Below, piece by piece: positions 10,206 through 18,937 of a stretch of 64,000 nucleotides of DNA. Source of the DNA: a virus (Duplodnaviria > Caudoviricetes); the IMG/VR virus record IMGVR_UViG_2645728028_000002, positions 32,001 to 96,000 of that record. One strand, written 5' to 3'. The position numbers and the translations under genes are program-made. Numbering within the stretch: position 1 is the stretch's first letter; each line of letters opens with the position of its first letter. The notes under the pieces were generated by a model that saw nothing but the letters and a program-made list of their open reading frames with translations, was not told the origin of the DNA and searched no databases.

Positions 10206-11435
10206 TTAACCCCTCCTCATGATGAACTTCTCATATTCTTCTTCATCGATTGACTTAAATTTATATCCACCGTAAAACTTATCACTATCTAGCAGACTGT
10301 TAAACTGTGAAGTTGAAAACCTAGTCGTCATAGTTAATCCGCTATCCACTAACCACTCTCTTGCCTCATACTTATATTTAAAAACATTTATTAACTCATT
10401 TTTTTCATTTACAGCCGAACAGTAATGTTCAATTTTATTACTAACCGAATTGTTCCTTTTTATTTTATAACCCCATTCAGTTAGTGCTTTTTTTAAAACT
10501 TCATTAGTAACTCCTTCTATATTTATTAGTTTTACTATATTACTTATCGAAATTTTATCCTTGGTGTAATGTTTGATTATTTCATCTTTTAGATCAATGA
10601 GTTGACTAATTTTATCTTTGGTACATTTTCTAGGTTTATATGTTTTCTTTTTCCTTTTACATATTTTAGCTGATTCCTTCGGTGGCTTTTTAATTTCTTT
10701 CTTACCGAATTCTTTTAACTTATCTTTAGTCCATTTATCGTTTACTTCATAGTGATGTATCCCTTTTTTCTCGCTTTTTATGAAATCATGATTTAGAATT
10801 AATATAAGGTCATCTTCGCTCTTCTTATTTAAACACCTCTTACACATTATTTGCTTACTCCGTAATCGTTCAAAGTTATTTCCACAAATGCAGCAAAGTT
10901 TCCTGCGTAACTTCAAGTGACTTAGCGGACGAAAGATTAATTTTTCATGTGGATTATTAAACTTATGTTTTTTAGAGAAACTTTTACTAATAGTTAAAGC
11001 CGTATATCCTGACCAGATAGAAGCATCGGCAATTGATTTAAAGACAAAGTTATTGTCTATACATATAACTGGCACAGAATTTCTTTTGGATAAAGAATCC
11101 TGCACATTTCCACCTTCAATCATATTATAAAAATCCTCATTATTAACTGCATCATAGAAACTTATCCAATATTCCTCTTTTTCATTTAACTCAACTTCAG
11201 AAGATGATAGGTCAATAATTCTCCTCCTGAAATTCTCTTTTCCATACTTTTTTATTGCATTATTTAAATGGTGTCCGCTACCTAAGTATGATTTCCATCT
11301 TGATCCATTGTCAATTTTTTTCTGACCTATGTATTTCTTATTATTTATCATGTTAGTTGTAATATAAATAAAGCCATATGCACCATTAAAATCTTCAATA
11401 CAATTGTAGTTCGTTTCTTCTAAGAATGTTGCCAT
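10206..11435 (-). CDS. Free-standing GIY-YIG homing endonuclease
   Basis: GFIYITTN...KKYIGQ, YLGSG, FYN; NUMOD-like FKSIADAS segment. Confidence 0.85.
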   Translation of the reverse strand: MATFLEETNYNCIEDFNGAYGFIYITTNMINNKKYIGQKKIDNGSRWKSYLGSGHHLNNAIKKYGKENFRRRIIDLSSSEVELNEKEEYWISFYDAVNNEDFYNMIEGGNVQDSLSKRNSVPVICIDNNFVFKSIADASIWSGYTALTISKSFSKKHKFNNPHEKLIFRPLSHLKLRRKLCCICGNNFERLRSKQIMCKRCLNKKSEDDLILILNHDFIKSEKKGIHHYEVNDKWTKDKLKEFGKKEIKKPPKESAKICKRKKKTYKPRKCTKDKISQLIDLKDEIIKHYTKDKISISNIVKLINIEGVTNEVLKKALTEWGYKIKRNNSVSNKIEHYCSAVNEKNELINVFKYKYEAREWLVDSGLTMTTRFSTSQFNSLLDSDKFYGGYKFKSIDEEEYEKFIMRRG

Positions 11436-11439
11436 TTAA

Positions 11440-11649
11440 TCAACTCCCATCATATACTCTCCTCATCTTTCTCAAAGCTAGTTTATATGTATTAAAATAT
11501 TTTATTTTATTAAACTTTTGATTCCATATGTAATCTTGGTACATTTCAATCTCCATATCACTTGCTTCCTCTGAACTTATCATATCTTCAAGGAACGCAA
11601 CGACCTCCTCAACTGTCCAATGCAACTTCTCCATACACTTCACCTCCAT
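11440..11649 (-). CDS. Small protein in the SPbeta yonP position
   Basis: Short ORF heading the yonO operon. Confidence 0.55.
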   Translation of the reverse strand: MEVKCMEKLHWTVEEVVAFLEDMISSEEASDMEIEMYQDYIWNQKFNKIKYFNTYKLALRKMRRVYDGS

Positions 11650-11906
11650 TCTATGATGTTATTAATTTATTTAAACTGGTACAAATATGTAATTTGTATA
11701 TATGTATTATATTAAATTATTTTATATTAAGCAATAGGTTTTTTAAAGAATAATAATTTTTCTTTTTATTTTTTAATTGTGGACTTGCAAACAATTGTTC
11801 TGTCATACATAGATATGACTATGGTAATAAAACCTCAGTAAAATATCTTGTCTGTCTACAACTGTATGACAACTGCATGACACCAGTAATAAGAGGAGGG
11901 AATTGC

Positions 11907-12740
11907 GTGAAGCTTGGAGTCGATTCTGGAAATTATCGTGTGAAAATTTGTTCTGAGGACGGACTAATGGACTTTCATTCAGCAATAGGGGAGGGGAGGG
12001 AGTTAAAACTTCAGCAAGTTCATGGGGAAGATGATATGTGGTTTGAGTATGAGAGCGAGTATGGATTTGCTGGATCACTTGCGCTTTATGAATCAGAGTT
12101 TGGAGGAAGTATACTTGGTGACAATAAAGCCCACAGAGACACACTACTCAGAGTTCTTATTGGTATCAACAGATATTGTCAAAGGTATCAAATAGAAGAA
12201 ACCGTATTTGACATAGTTATTGGTCAGCCTATCTCAAGCCACACTATAGAAGCAAAAGAAAAATTAAAGAAGATGATAAAAGGTCAGCATACAATTTCAG
12301 TGAATGGGATTGAAAAGACTTTTAGTATTAATAAGTGTGAGGTAGCTGCAGAAGGAGTTTCTTCTTATTGGAGTGGTAATAGACCAGAGGGCTTAATAAG
12401 AATCTTAGATATTGGTTCAGGAACAGTAAATTTCTCAACTGTTCTAAATGGAAAGTTTATAGATAAGGACTCAGGTACATTACCTTTCGGTGTCAATACA
12501 AATAAATCAAATAACCTTAACGCCCTATGTAGGGGAATAGTAACTCACACATCAAAGAAATGGAATTCCAGCGATAAGGTATTTATTGTTGGAGGTATTG
12601 CAGAAACCATCCTTCCACTTCTAAAAGAATACTTCCCACAAGCTGAAATACTTTATCCAATATTTAATCAGCAATATGTATCCCCAATTTATGCAAATGC
12701 AATTGCATTCCATATGATTGCGGTGAACATCTATGAGTAG
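11907..12740 (+). CDS. parM: ParM/StbA-family actin-like ATPase
   Basis: GVDSGN phosphate-1, AEG, LDIGSGT phosphate-2, VGG adenosine motif; GTG start after AGGAGG. Confidence 0.85.
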   Translation: MKLGVDSGNYRVKICSEDGLMDFHSAIGEGRELKLQQVHGEDDMWFEYESEYGFAGSLALYESEFGGSILGDNKAHRDTLLRVLIGINRYCQRYQIEETVFDIVIGQPISSHTIEAKEKLKKMIKGQHTISVNGIEKTFSINKCEVAAEGVSSYWSGNRPEGLIRILDIGSGTVNFSTVLNGKFIDKDSGTLPFGVNTNKSNNLNALCRGIVTHTSKKWNSSDKVFIVGGIAETILPLLKEYFPQAEILYPIFNQQYVSPIYANAIAFHMIAVNIYE

Positions 12741-12960
12741 AAAAGTTAAGTCCGTTTCTTTCAACTTAAATGACCCTTGGGAATTGGAGATATATGAATA
12801 CACATTAAAGTATCCCAACTTTTCGTCCTTTGTTAAGAGGCTGATTCAGAGTTCAGTCGGTGGAGTTGCACCTCAGAAGACAAGTGCTAATACGCCATCT
12901 AATCATAACTCAATTATACAACCAGAAGTAAACAAAGACTATATGAGACAACTAATCTAA
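12733..12960 (+). CDS. Putative ParR-like ribbon-helix-helix adaptor
   Basis: Overlaps the parM stop; KSVSFNL beta strand followed by NFSSFVKRLI helix. Confidence 0.6.
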   Translation: MSRKVKSVSFNLNDPWELEIYEYTLKYPNFSSFVKRLIQSSVGGVAPQKTSANTPSNHNSIIQPEVNKDYMRQLI

Positions 12961-12985
12961 ATTATATTTCTATATCATTTTATTA

Positions 12986-13122
12986 TTACCCGATTCTTAC
13001 CCGTTCGTTACCACATGATTGTCTAAATCGTTACCCAGATGATTACCCGACTGATTTTACGCCTTGGGTAATTACCCGATTCAATGGGTAAGCAAGAAAT
13101 GGATGGTTTGATATTTGGGTAA
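12986..13122. repeat. TTACCC iteron cluster (parC-like)
   Basis: TTACCC or close variant at 12986, 12997, 13008, 13031, 13043, 13057, 13072; inverted GGGTAA at 13066, 13086, 13117. Confidence 0.75.
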
Positions 13123-13165
13123 CGAAACAAAATTTAATTTTACTAAAAAAGTGAGTTGAGATTAC

Positions 13166-13735
13166 GTGTATAAAATTACATCTAGATATCTGCAGCAAGA
13201 ATCTTTCCGTTCTTCTCCACATAAAGGAATAGATTTTAAAATGGAAATTGGTGAGCCGATTCGATCAATTAAATCTGGTCAAATTCATCTTGCTGATTAT
13301 GGCAATACGAATGCAGGGAAAACGGTTTTTGTAGAGTGGGAAGATGGAAGAACTGCAATATATGGTCATTTGAATGAGTTTGCGGTAAAAGAAGGTCAAC
13401 ATGTAAATGCGGGAGATTTAATTGGATATGCAGGAAATACAGGCTTTTCAACTGGCAGTCATCTTCATTTTTCAGTAAAAGAAGGATCTAAACATATAGA
13501 CCCTTCTCCATATATGAACGATATCCAGCATATGAATGATCCGTCTTATTTTGCGCAAGTATCTTCAGATGTCAAAGTTTCATTCTTTGATTATTTTCAG
13601 CAGCATATGGACTTAATTGGAACTCAACTAACTGACCTTAAAGTAAACTTTGTTCACTTTCTAGCCTTATCTGATTACTCTCCAATCATAAAGTTGCTGC
13701 AAAATGTCATACAATTTATCTTTTTCAATATTTAA
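13166..13735 (+). CDS. M23 family peptidase
   Basis: HKGID, YGHL, GNTGFSTGSHLHF. Confidence 0.9.
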   Translation: MYKITSRYLQQESFRSSPHKGIDFKMEIGEPIRSIKSGQIHLADYGNTNAGKTVFVEWEDGRTAIYGHLNEFAVKEGQHVNAGDLIGYAGNTGFSTGSHLHFSVKEGSKHIDPSPYMNDIQHMNDPSYFAQVSSDVKVSFFDYFQQHMDLIGTQLTDLKVNFVHFLALSDYSPIIKLLQNVIQFIFFNI

Positions 13736-13970
13736 ACGGTCAAAGTCAACCTTTGTTAATTTATCAAATTCAACTTGCCAAGCTAGTCTATCATCAGTTG
13801 TCCATCCAAACATTATGCTCACCTCTTAGGATTTCTGTTGTCATTTGCACTTTCAATTATTTCATCATAAAGTTCATCTGCTTCATCTTTTTTTGTAACG
13901 TATATGAGCATTTGTAGTCCTCCTGTGAGTTATTTACTCATATCATTTACTAAAGGGGTGATTTGTATAC

Positions 13971-14393
13971 ATGGAAAAACATAACGAAGTTGTCATTTAC
14001 CTAAAAGACAGTGTTATCACTGATATAACTAATTATATCGAGTATCAGAAGTTAAAAAAACTGAATTTCGATGGAAACTACAATCATACAAACATGGAAG
14101 AATTTATTGTTGGTTGCGTTTGTCATTATCTAAGACAACTAAAGTATCAGATTGATCTTTCTGGTATTAATGACCTTGGCAAACCTTACCGACTTAAAAA
14201 CCGATTTAAGGAGTATATGGATAAACATGGAATAATACCTGCAGACTTAGCGAAGCAGACAGGGATTGGAGCTTCCAATATTAGTTTGATATTAAAAAAT
14301 AAAAATCAGCCAAGTCTTGATTACTTCCTTCGCATATGGATGGCTTTAAAATGCCCACCCTTAGATAAGATTCTCTATCGTGAAGAGGAATAA
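13971..14393 (+). CDS. XRE-family HTH regulator
   Basis: C-terminal LKNRFKE...DLAKQTGI...NQPSL HTH. Confidence 0.8.
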   Translation: MEKHNEVVIYLKDSVITDITNYIEYQKLKKLNFDGNYNHTNMEEFIVGCVCHYLRQLKYQIDLSGINDLGKPYRLKNRFKEYMDKHGIIPADLAKQTGIGASNISLILKNKNQPSLDYFLRIWMALKCPPLDKILYREEE

Positions 14394-14487
14394 AAAGAAA
14401 AGTTTTTAAAACTGCATAGGACAATTTTCAACGAGAATATCATCTGAATACAATACAACATACACAACAAACAAGGAGGAATACAGC

Positions 14488-14670
14488 ATGGGAACAACGT
14501 TGATTGTAGTGTCTGCTTTGAAGATTGCTGGAGCATGTGGGGTGGGGTTAGGTGCTTCTGCATTAATGAAAGCTTTTCATGAGTATGAGTTCAATTTTAA
14601 AAAGAAAGGTGATAAAAATGACAACAATATCGGTAAATCTCTGCGTGAAAGAGCCGAAGGATTACGTTAA
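14488..14670 (+). CDS. Small membrane protein
   Basis: AAGGAGG RBS, hydrophobic N-terminus. Confidence 0.55.
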   Translation: MGTTLIVVSALKIAGACGVGLGASALMKAFHEYEFNFKKKGDKNDNNIGKSLRERAEGLR

Positions 14671-15136
14671 TTATCACCTTTCTTCTTTTAAGGTGAATGA
14701 AAATTTTCCGAATCAAATTGTAAGGGAGGTGATGAATCTTTCTCAAAAAGAAAAGAGGAAATTTGGGAAGGTAGTAAAGGTATTTGTTGCAACAACAATA
14801 AGTTTTCTGAAATTGTCATCCGTATCAATGGCAAATGCATTGAACAATACTCAATCTCAAACAGTAATTACATCAGGAATCCCCACAGACCTGCTCGAAC
14901 CAATAATGGAATTAATCAAACTGGCTTTAGGAGGATCATTACTGCTTTCAGTAATACTTTTAATAGCAGCAGGAACAATGAGACAGTTCAGGAAGAAGAA
15001 GGAAGCAAGCGAATGGACGACAGATATAATCAAGGGTTTTCTGCAAGTTCTAATCGCAACGCCTTTAATATTTCTTCTATATTACGTAGTTACTTTACTC
15101 CTCGGAAACTTCACTCAATTTCTAAAGCCATTCTAA
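14618..15136 (+). CDS. Membrane protein, TrbC/VirB2 pilin-like topology
   Basis: Signal-like segment, then two hydrophobic helices separated by RQFRKKKE; start at MTTIS after AAAGGTGA. Confidence 0.5.
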   Translation: MTTISVNLCVKEPKDYVNYHLSSFKVNENFPNQIVREVMNLSQKEKRKFGKVVKVFVATTISFLKLSSVSMANALNNTQSQTVITSGIPTDLLEPIMELIKLALGGSLLLSVILLIAAGTMRQFRKKKEASEWTTDIIKGFLQVLIATPLIFLLYYVVTLLLGNFTQFLKPF

Positions 15137-16263
15137 TTCCAGTTACAGCAATTTCATCAACATTCTTGTTTACTAAATTAGCACATGCAGAGTCATTAAA
15201 AGATATTGTATTCCAAAAGAAAGGTGTCCTCACAAATGATTTTTCCGGTGCAGATCAAACTACATGGTTTGGAATAGGAGAAATAGTAAAAAATATGTTA
15301 GCAGCAATAGAATGGTTAAAAGATATTAAACAACATATTTATGACTTTTCAATTGATATATTTTCATTTGTTTTTGAAATGCTAATGCTAGTTGGATTAC
15401 AGACGCCCAGTTTTTTATTCAACAATAGTTACACAGTCAATACCACCATGACATTCTCAATGATTTCAATAAGCATTGTCATTTTACTTACAATTTATGA
15501 ATCTATTATGCAAATGTTAAATAAAGTATCTAAGCAAAGATATACTAAGTTTTCTGATATTATTAAACGTTTTCCTATTGCAGTAGGAATAACTGGATTT
15601 ACGCCATTTTTATTTCAACAAGGTTTTCGATTAATAAATAAACTAACAAGAGGGATTACTAGTCTAGGTGGGAATTTATTTAAAGAAAACAATTTAAACC
15701 AAGTCATTTCATTGAGTGGTATTGATGTATTGGGAATGATTCTGTTTGATGTTGTGGCATTGGGATTGCTTATTCCTATTTTGCTACAGGGAGGGCGCAG
15801 GTGGTTCGATCTATTTGCATTGTGTACGGCTGCCCCTTTAGCGCTTACAGCATGGATATTTGACCGCCACAGACATTTACATGCTCAATGGTGGAGTAAT
15901 GTCAAAAGACTTTCTATTATTCAACTGGTAATAGCAACTTTCATTGTACTGATGGGTATTTTCTTATATGGAGCAAGATTTATATCAGCAGAAATGTGGG
16001 CTTATAAAGTCTTGGTGATCCTCGGAGCACTTTTCCGCATCGCAAATCCTCCAAATTTTGTTAAGTCTTATACAAGAGGAGAAGAAGATGTTGTTGGAAT
16101 GTTCGACACTTATAAGAAAACATTTGCAGGAGTATACAATACAATTTCATTAAATAATTTCAAACCACTCAATTTTTATAGGAGTCAAAAAGCAGTGAAC
16201 ATCCAAAGAACAGCTTTAAGAGCAAAGCATGGTAAAAGATTCGTAGATAATTTATTAAAGTAG
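15013..16263 (+). CDS. Polytopic membrane protein, VirB6/TrbL-like
   Basis: About 7 hydrophobic segments; RRWFDL...APLAL...W pattern reminiscent of Gram-positive VirB6-like proteins. Confidence 0.5.
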   Translation: MDDRYNQGFSASSNRNAFNISSILRSYFTPRKLHSISKAILIPVTAISSTFLFTKLAHAESLKDIVFQKKGVLTNDFSGADQTTWFGIGEIVKNMLAAIEWLKDIKQHIYDFSIDIFSFVFEMLMLVGLQTPSFLFNNSYTVNTTMTFSMISISIVILLTIYESIMQMLNKVSKQRYTKFSDIIKRFPIAVGITGFTPFLFQQGFRLINKLTRGITSLGGNLFKENNLNQVISLSGIDVLGMILFDVVALGLLIPILLQGGRRWFDLFALCTAAPLALTAWIFDRHRHLHAQWWSNVKRLSIIQLVIATFIVLMGIFLYGARFISAEMWAYKVLVILGALFRIANPPNFVKSYTRGEEDVVGMFDTYKKTFAGVYNTISLNNFKPLNFYRSQKAVNIQRTALRAKHGKRFVDNLLK

Positions 16264-16271
16264 GTGAAGGA

Positions 16272-18518
16272 ATGTCGTTCAGCAGGATTATAAATAAGAC
16301 TCCTTTAAAAAATGAAAAGTCGAATGTTTACTATGTGGATGAAATCAATTCTAAGGTGATTAACGAAGTCATACAGTCGAGATTTATCTCAGAAGGGGTT
16401 TACACTTTAGAACAATTATCTCTATCAGAATACAGCGAAAGATATGTCATATCACCTTCTTTTGATAAACTTCCACTAACAAAATCTGAAAAAGATTGGC
16501 AGTTTGATTATAAGGAGGTGACTGCCTATGAGTTAGAATTATCTAAGCCTTTCTTTCATCCATTAGATACTAAACAAGTTGTTAATCTATTCGAGTTTAT
16601 ATCTAACTTAAAAAATATAACCGTATTAACTCAGGCATTAATATGCAAAAGATGTGATAACTGGCGTGAAATAGCAATCTCAATGTATGAGGATTTCTTA
16701 AAAGGAAATAGCACAGTATCAGAAATCAAATTAATTAGAAATATCCAAGCTAAAACATTGAGCGTGTTGAATAAAATCAGCAATTATGCTATTCAAAAAG
16801 ATCCAATTGAGGAAGTTGAAAATAAAATACTGCAGAACGCATACAGGTTTGAGTGCAGATTTTTATTGCCAGAAGAAAAGCATAGCAATTACTTTGAGAA
16901 AGAGTTGAACAAACAGTTAGATAAAATTGGATTATTTAATGAATTAGTTTTAAGAAAGGTGAACAATAAGAAGCAATTTGTCAAATTTATTGAATATAGA
17001 GAATTTCAGACAGAACTGGTAAATCAATTATTGAGTGAAAGTGAGATATTCAGTTTACTATGCGATACACAAACTAACCCTGTAGCTATAAATGCAAATC
17101 TCAAGCAATCTAAACCAACAAGTATCATTAAAACAATCCAAAAAAATCATTATCTTAATTCAGCCATATCCTTAATGCCAACAAAGCAAAGAGAGGAGGA
17201 GAATGTAAATTCAGAAACACTTGATCAGTTACAGTTTGCTTTTAAGCGTGTAAAGATTACGGATAAGAAATTAAAGATATTAGATGTGTTTCAGGGAACA
17301 ACTTTAATTAAGGTGCAAATGACCATTCCCCAAGATGTGAACTATTCCAGTATTCAAAAAAACCTAAAGAACATTCAGGCTGCATTAGGCAATGAGAATA
17401 TTAGCTTGGAAATTGGGGATAAACCAGACACAATTAACTTTTATCTTCCTAGAGAGAAACGAGATATTTTGTGGCTTAGGAATATTTTAGAGTCAGAGCA
17501 ATTCCAAAAGCATTGTGAGAATGTGGAATTACCATTCATTATTGGTGAGAATACGCATGGGGAATTGTTGTTAGGTTGTCTTGCTGATTTGAAACATATA
17601 TTAGTAGCTGGTGCAACAGGATCAGGAAAAAGCGTATTCCTAAATATATTGTTGATTTGCTTATTAACGTCAGTGCCTCCTGAATTATTAAATATTGTAT
17701 TAGTTGATCCTAAACAAGTTGAATTTACTCAATATGAAGGTTTTCCACAGGTAAGTAAGATTGTTACAAATCCGAATAAAGCAGTTGAGTTAGTTCATTC
17801 TTTATGCGAAGAAATGGAAAAGCGATATAAAATATTGGCAGAGGCAAAGGTGAAGAATATTATCCAATACAATAATAAAAATGAAACTAAGATGCCCTAT
17901 GTAATTTGCATTATAGATGAGTATGCTGACTTGATGATGACAAATAACGAAGTGGAGAATTATGTAGTTAGGCTGAGTCAGAAAGCGAGAGCTGCAGGAA
18001 TTCACTTGGTATTAGCAACACAGAAACCACTGAGCACAATTGTAACCAGTGTATTGAAAGGAAACTTACCCTCAGCAATTAGTTTCAGGTTGAAAACTTC
18101 ATCTGACTATACAACAGTATTTGGTAAGGGGATTCCTTACACATTATTAGGAAAAGGAGATGGGGTGTGTAAGCTAGAAGGGCAACAAAGAGAATATGAA
18201 CGTTTCCAAACTCCTGTAATGACATTAGATGAAAATGAAGAAGAGGAAATTTATGAAAAGCTGAAGGATATGTTTAAAGATGCTCCTGTAATGGATTTTG
18301 AAATTATCAAGGAGGAAAGTCAGATTGATCAATTGAAGAGAATCATTGCTACTCATAATGAAGCCAGAATATCCGAGCTGCAAAAACTAATGGGTATAAG
18401 AATCAATGCCGTATCTGATTTAGTGAAAGAACTGGTTGAAGAAGGCTGGCTTGAGAAACAGGGGAAGCGATATGAAATTGTAGCAGGTGAAGATGAGTTA
18501 TCCAAGTGGAGAGAGTGA
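16272..18518 (+). CDS. FtsK/SpoIIIE-family DNA translocase
   Basis: HILVAGATGSGKS, DPK, IIDEYADL, RAAGIHLVLATQ, LLGKGD; C-terminal wHTH; no N-terminal membrane domain. Confidence 0.9.
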   Translation: MSFSRIINKTPLKNEKSNVYYVDEINSKVINEVIQSRFISEGVYTLEQLSLSEYSERYVISPSFDKLPLTKSEKDWQFDYKEVTAYELELSKPFFHPLDTKQVVNLFEFISNLKNITVLTQALICKRCDNWREIAISMYEDFLKGNSTVSEIKLIRNIQAKTLSVLNKISNYAIQKDPIEEVENKILQNAYRFECRFLLPEEKHSNYFEKELNKQLDKIGLFNELVLRKVNNKKQFVKFIEYREFQTELVNQLLSESEIFSLLCDTQTNPVAINANLKQSKPTSIIKTIQKNHYLNSAISLMPTKQREEENVNSETLDQLQFAFKRVKITDKKLKILDVFQGTTLIKVQMTIPQDVNYSSIQKNLKNIQAALGNENISLEIGDKPDTINFYLPREKRDILWLRNILESEQFQKHCENVELPFIIGENTHGELLLGCLADLKHILVAGATGSGKSVFLNILLICLLTSVPPELLNIVLVDPKQVEFTQYEGFPQVSKIVTNPNKAVELVHSLCEEMEKRYKILAEAKVKNIIQYNNKNETKMPYVICIIDEYADLMMTNNEVENYVVRLSQKARAAGIHLVLATQKPLSTIVTSVLKGNLPSAISFRLKTSSDYTTVFGKGIPYTLLGKGDGVCKLEGQQREYERFQTPVMTLDENEEEEIYEKLKDMFKDAPVMDFEIIKEESQIDQLKRIIATHNEARISELQKLMGIRINAVSDLVKELVEEGWLEKQGKRYEIVAGEDELSKWRE

Positions 18519-18745
18519 TGCAGATTTAACGTGTCACTCTTTTCTGTTTTAAGATGTCTTATGGTTCGATACAGTAGAGTTTTAGAGTTGCGAGTGTATT
18601 TGTTAGGGTTGATGGGAAAACACTTAATTTCGTATTATATGGAGTTAAAATAATTATATTAAATTATTAACTTTTATATTGACTTATAATATTAAATAAT
18701 TTAATATAAAAGTAAGTTAAAATTTTAACGGAAGGAGGGGATAAA

Positions 18746-18919
18746 GTGTTGAGTGGAATGGAATTAAAGTTGAAGCGAATTATGAAAGGCATCAAAGCCT
18801 CAGAGATAGCCAAGCTGTTAGGAGTATCAAATGCTTTTGTTACATATATGGAGCAGGGAGAAAGAAAAATACCTAATGATAAATACATACAATGGGTAAA
18901 TTATTTAGAAGTTAAATAA
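18746..18919 (+). CDS. Small XRE HTH protein (57 aa, not in ORF track)
   Basis: GGAGGGG RBS, GTG start, LKLKRIMKGIKASEIAKLLGVSNAFVTYMEQGER. Confidence 0.75.
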   Translation: MLSGMELKLKRIMKGIKASEIAKLLGVSNAFVTYMEQGERKIPNDKYIQWVNYLEVK

Positions 18920-18937
18920 AAATAGGAGAGTGAGAGA

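Noticed and set aside
13917-14445. sigma-E/F promoters for the FtsK module
   Set aside because: Only partial matches (CATATCAT without a -35; GCATA with a poor -10); insufficient support
13166-18518. Complete conjugative element (ICE)
   Set aside because: No relaxase, VirB4 or flanking att/integrase seen in the window
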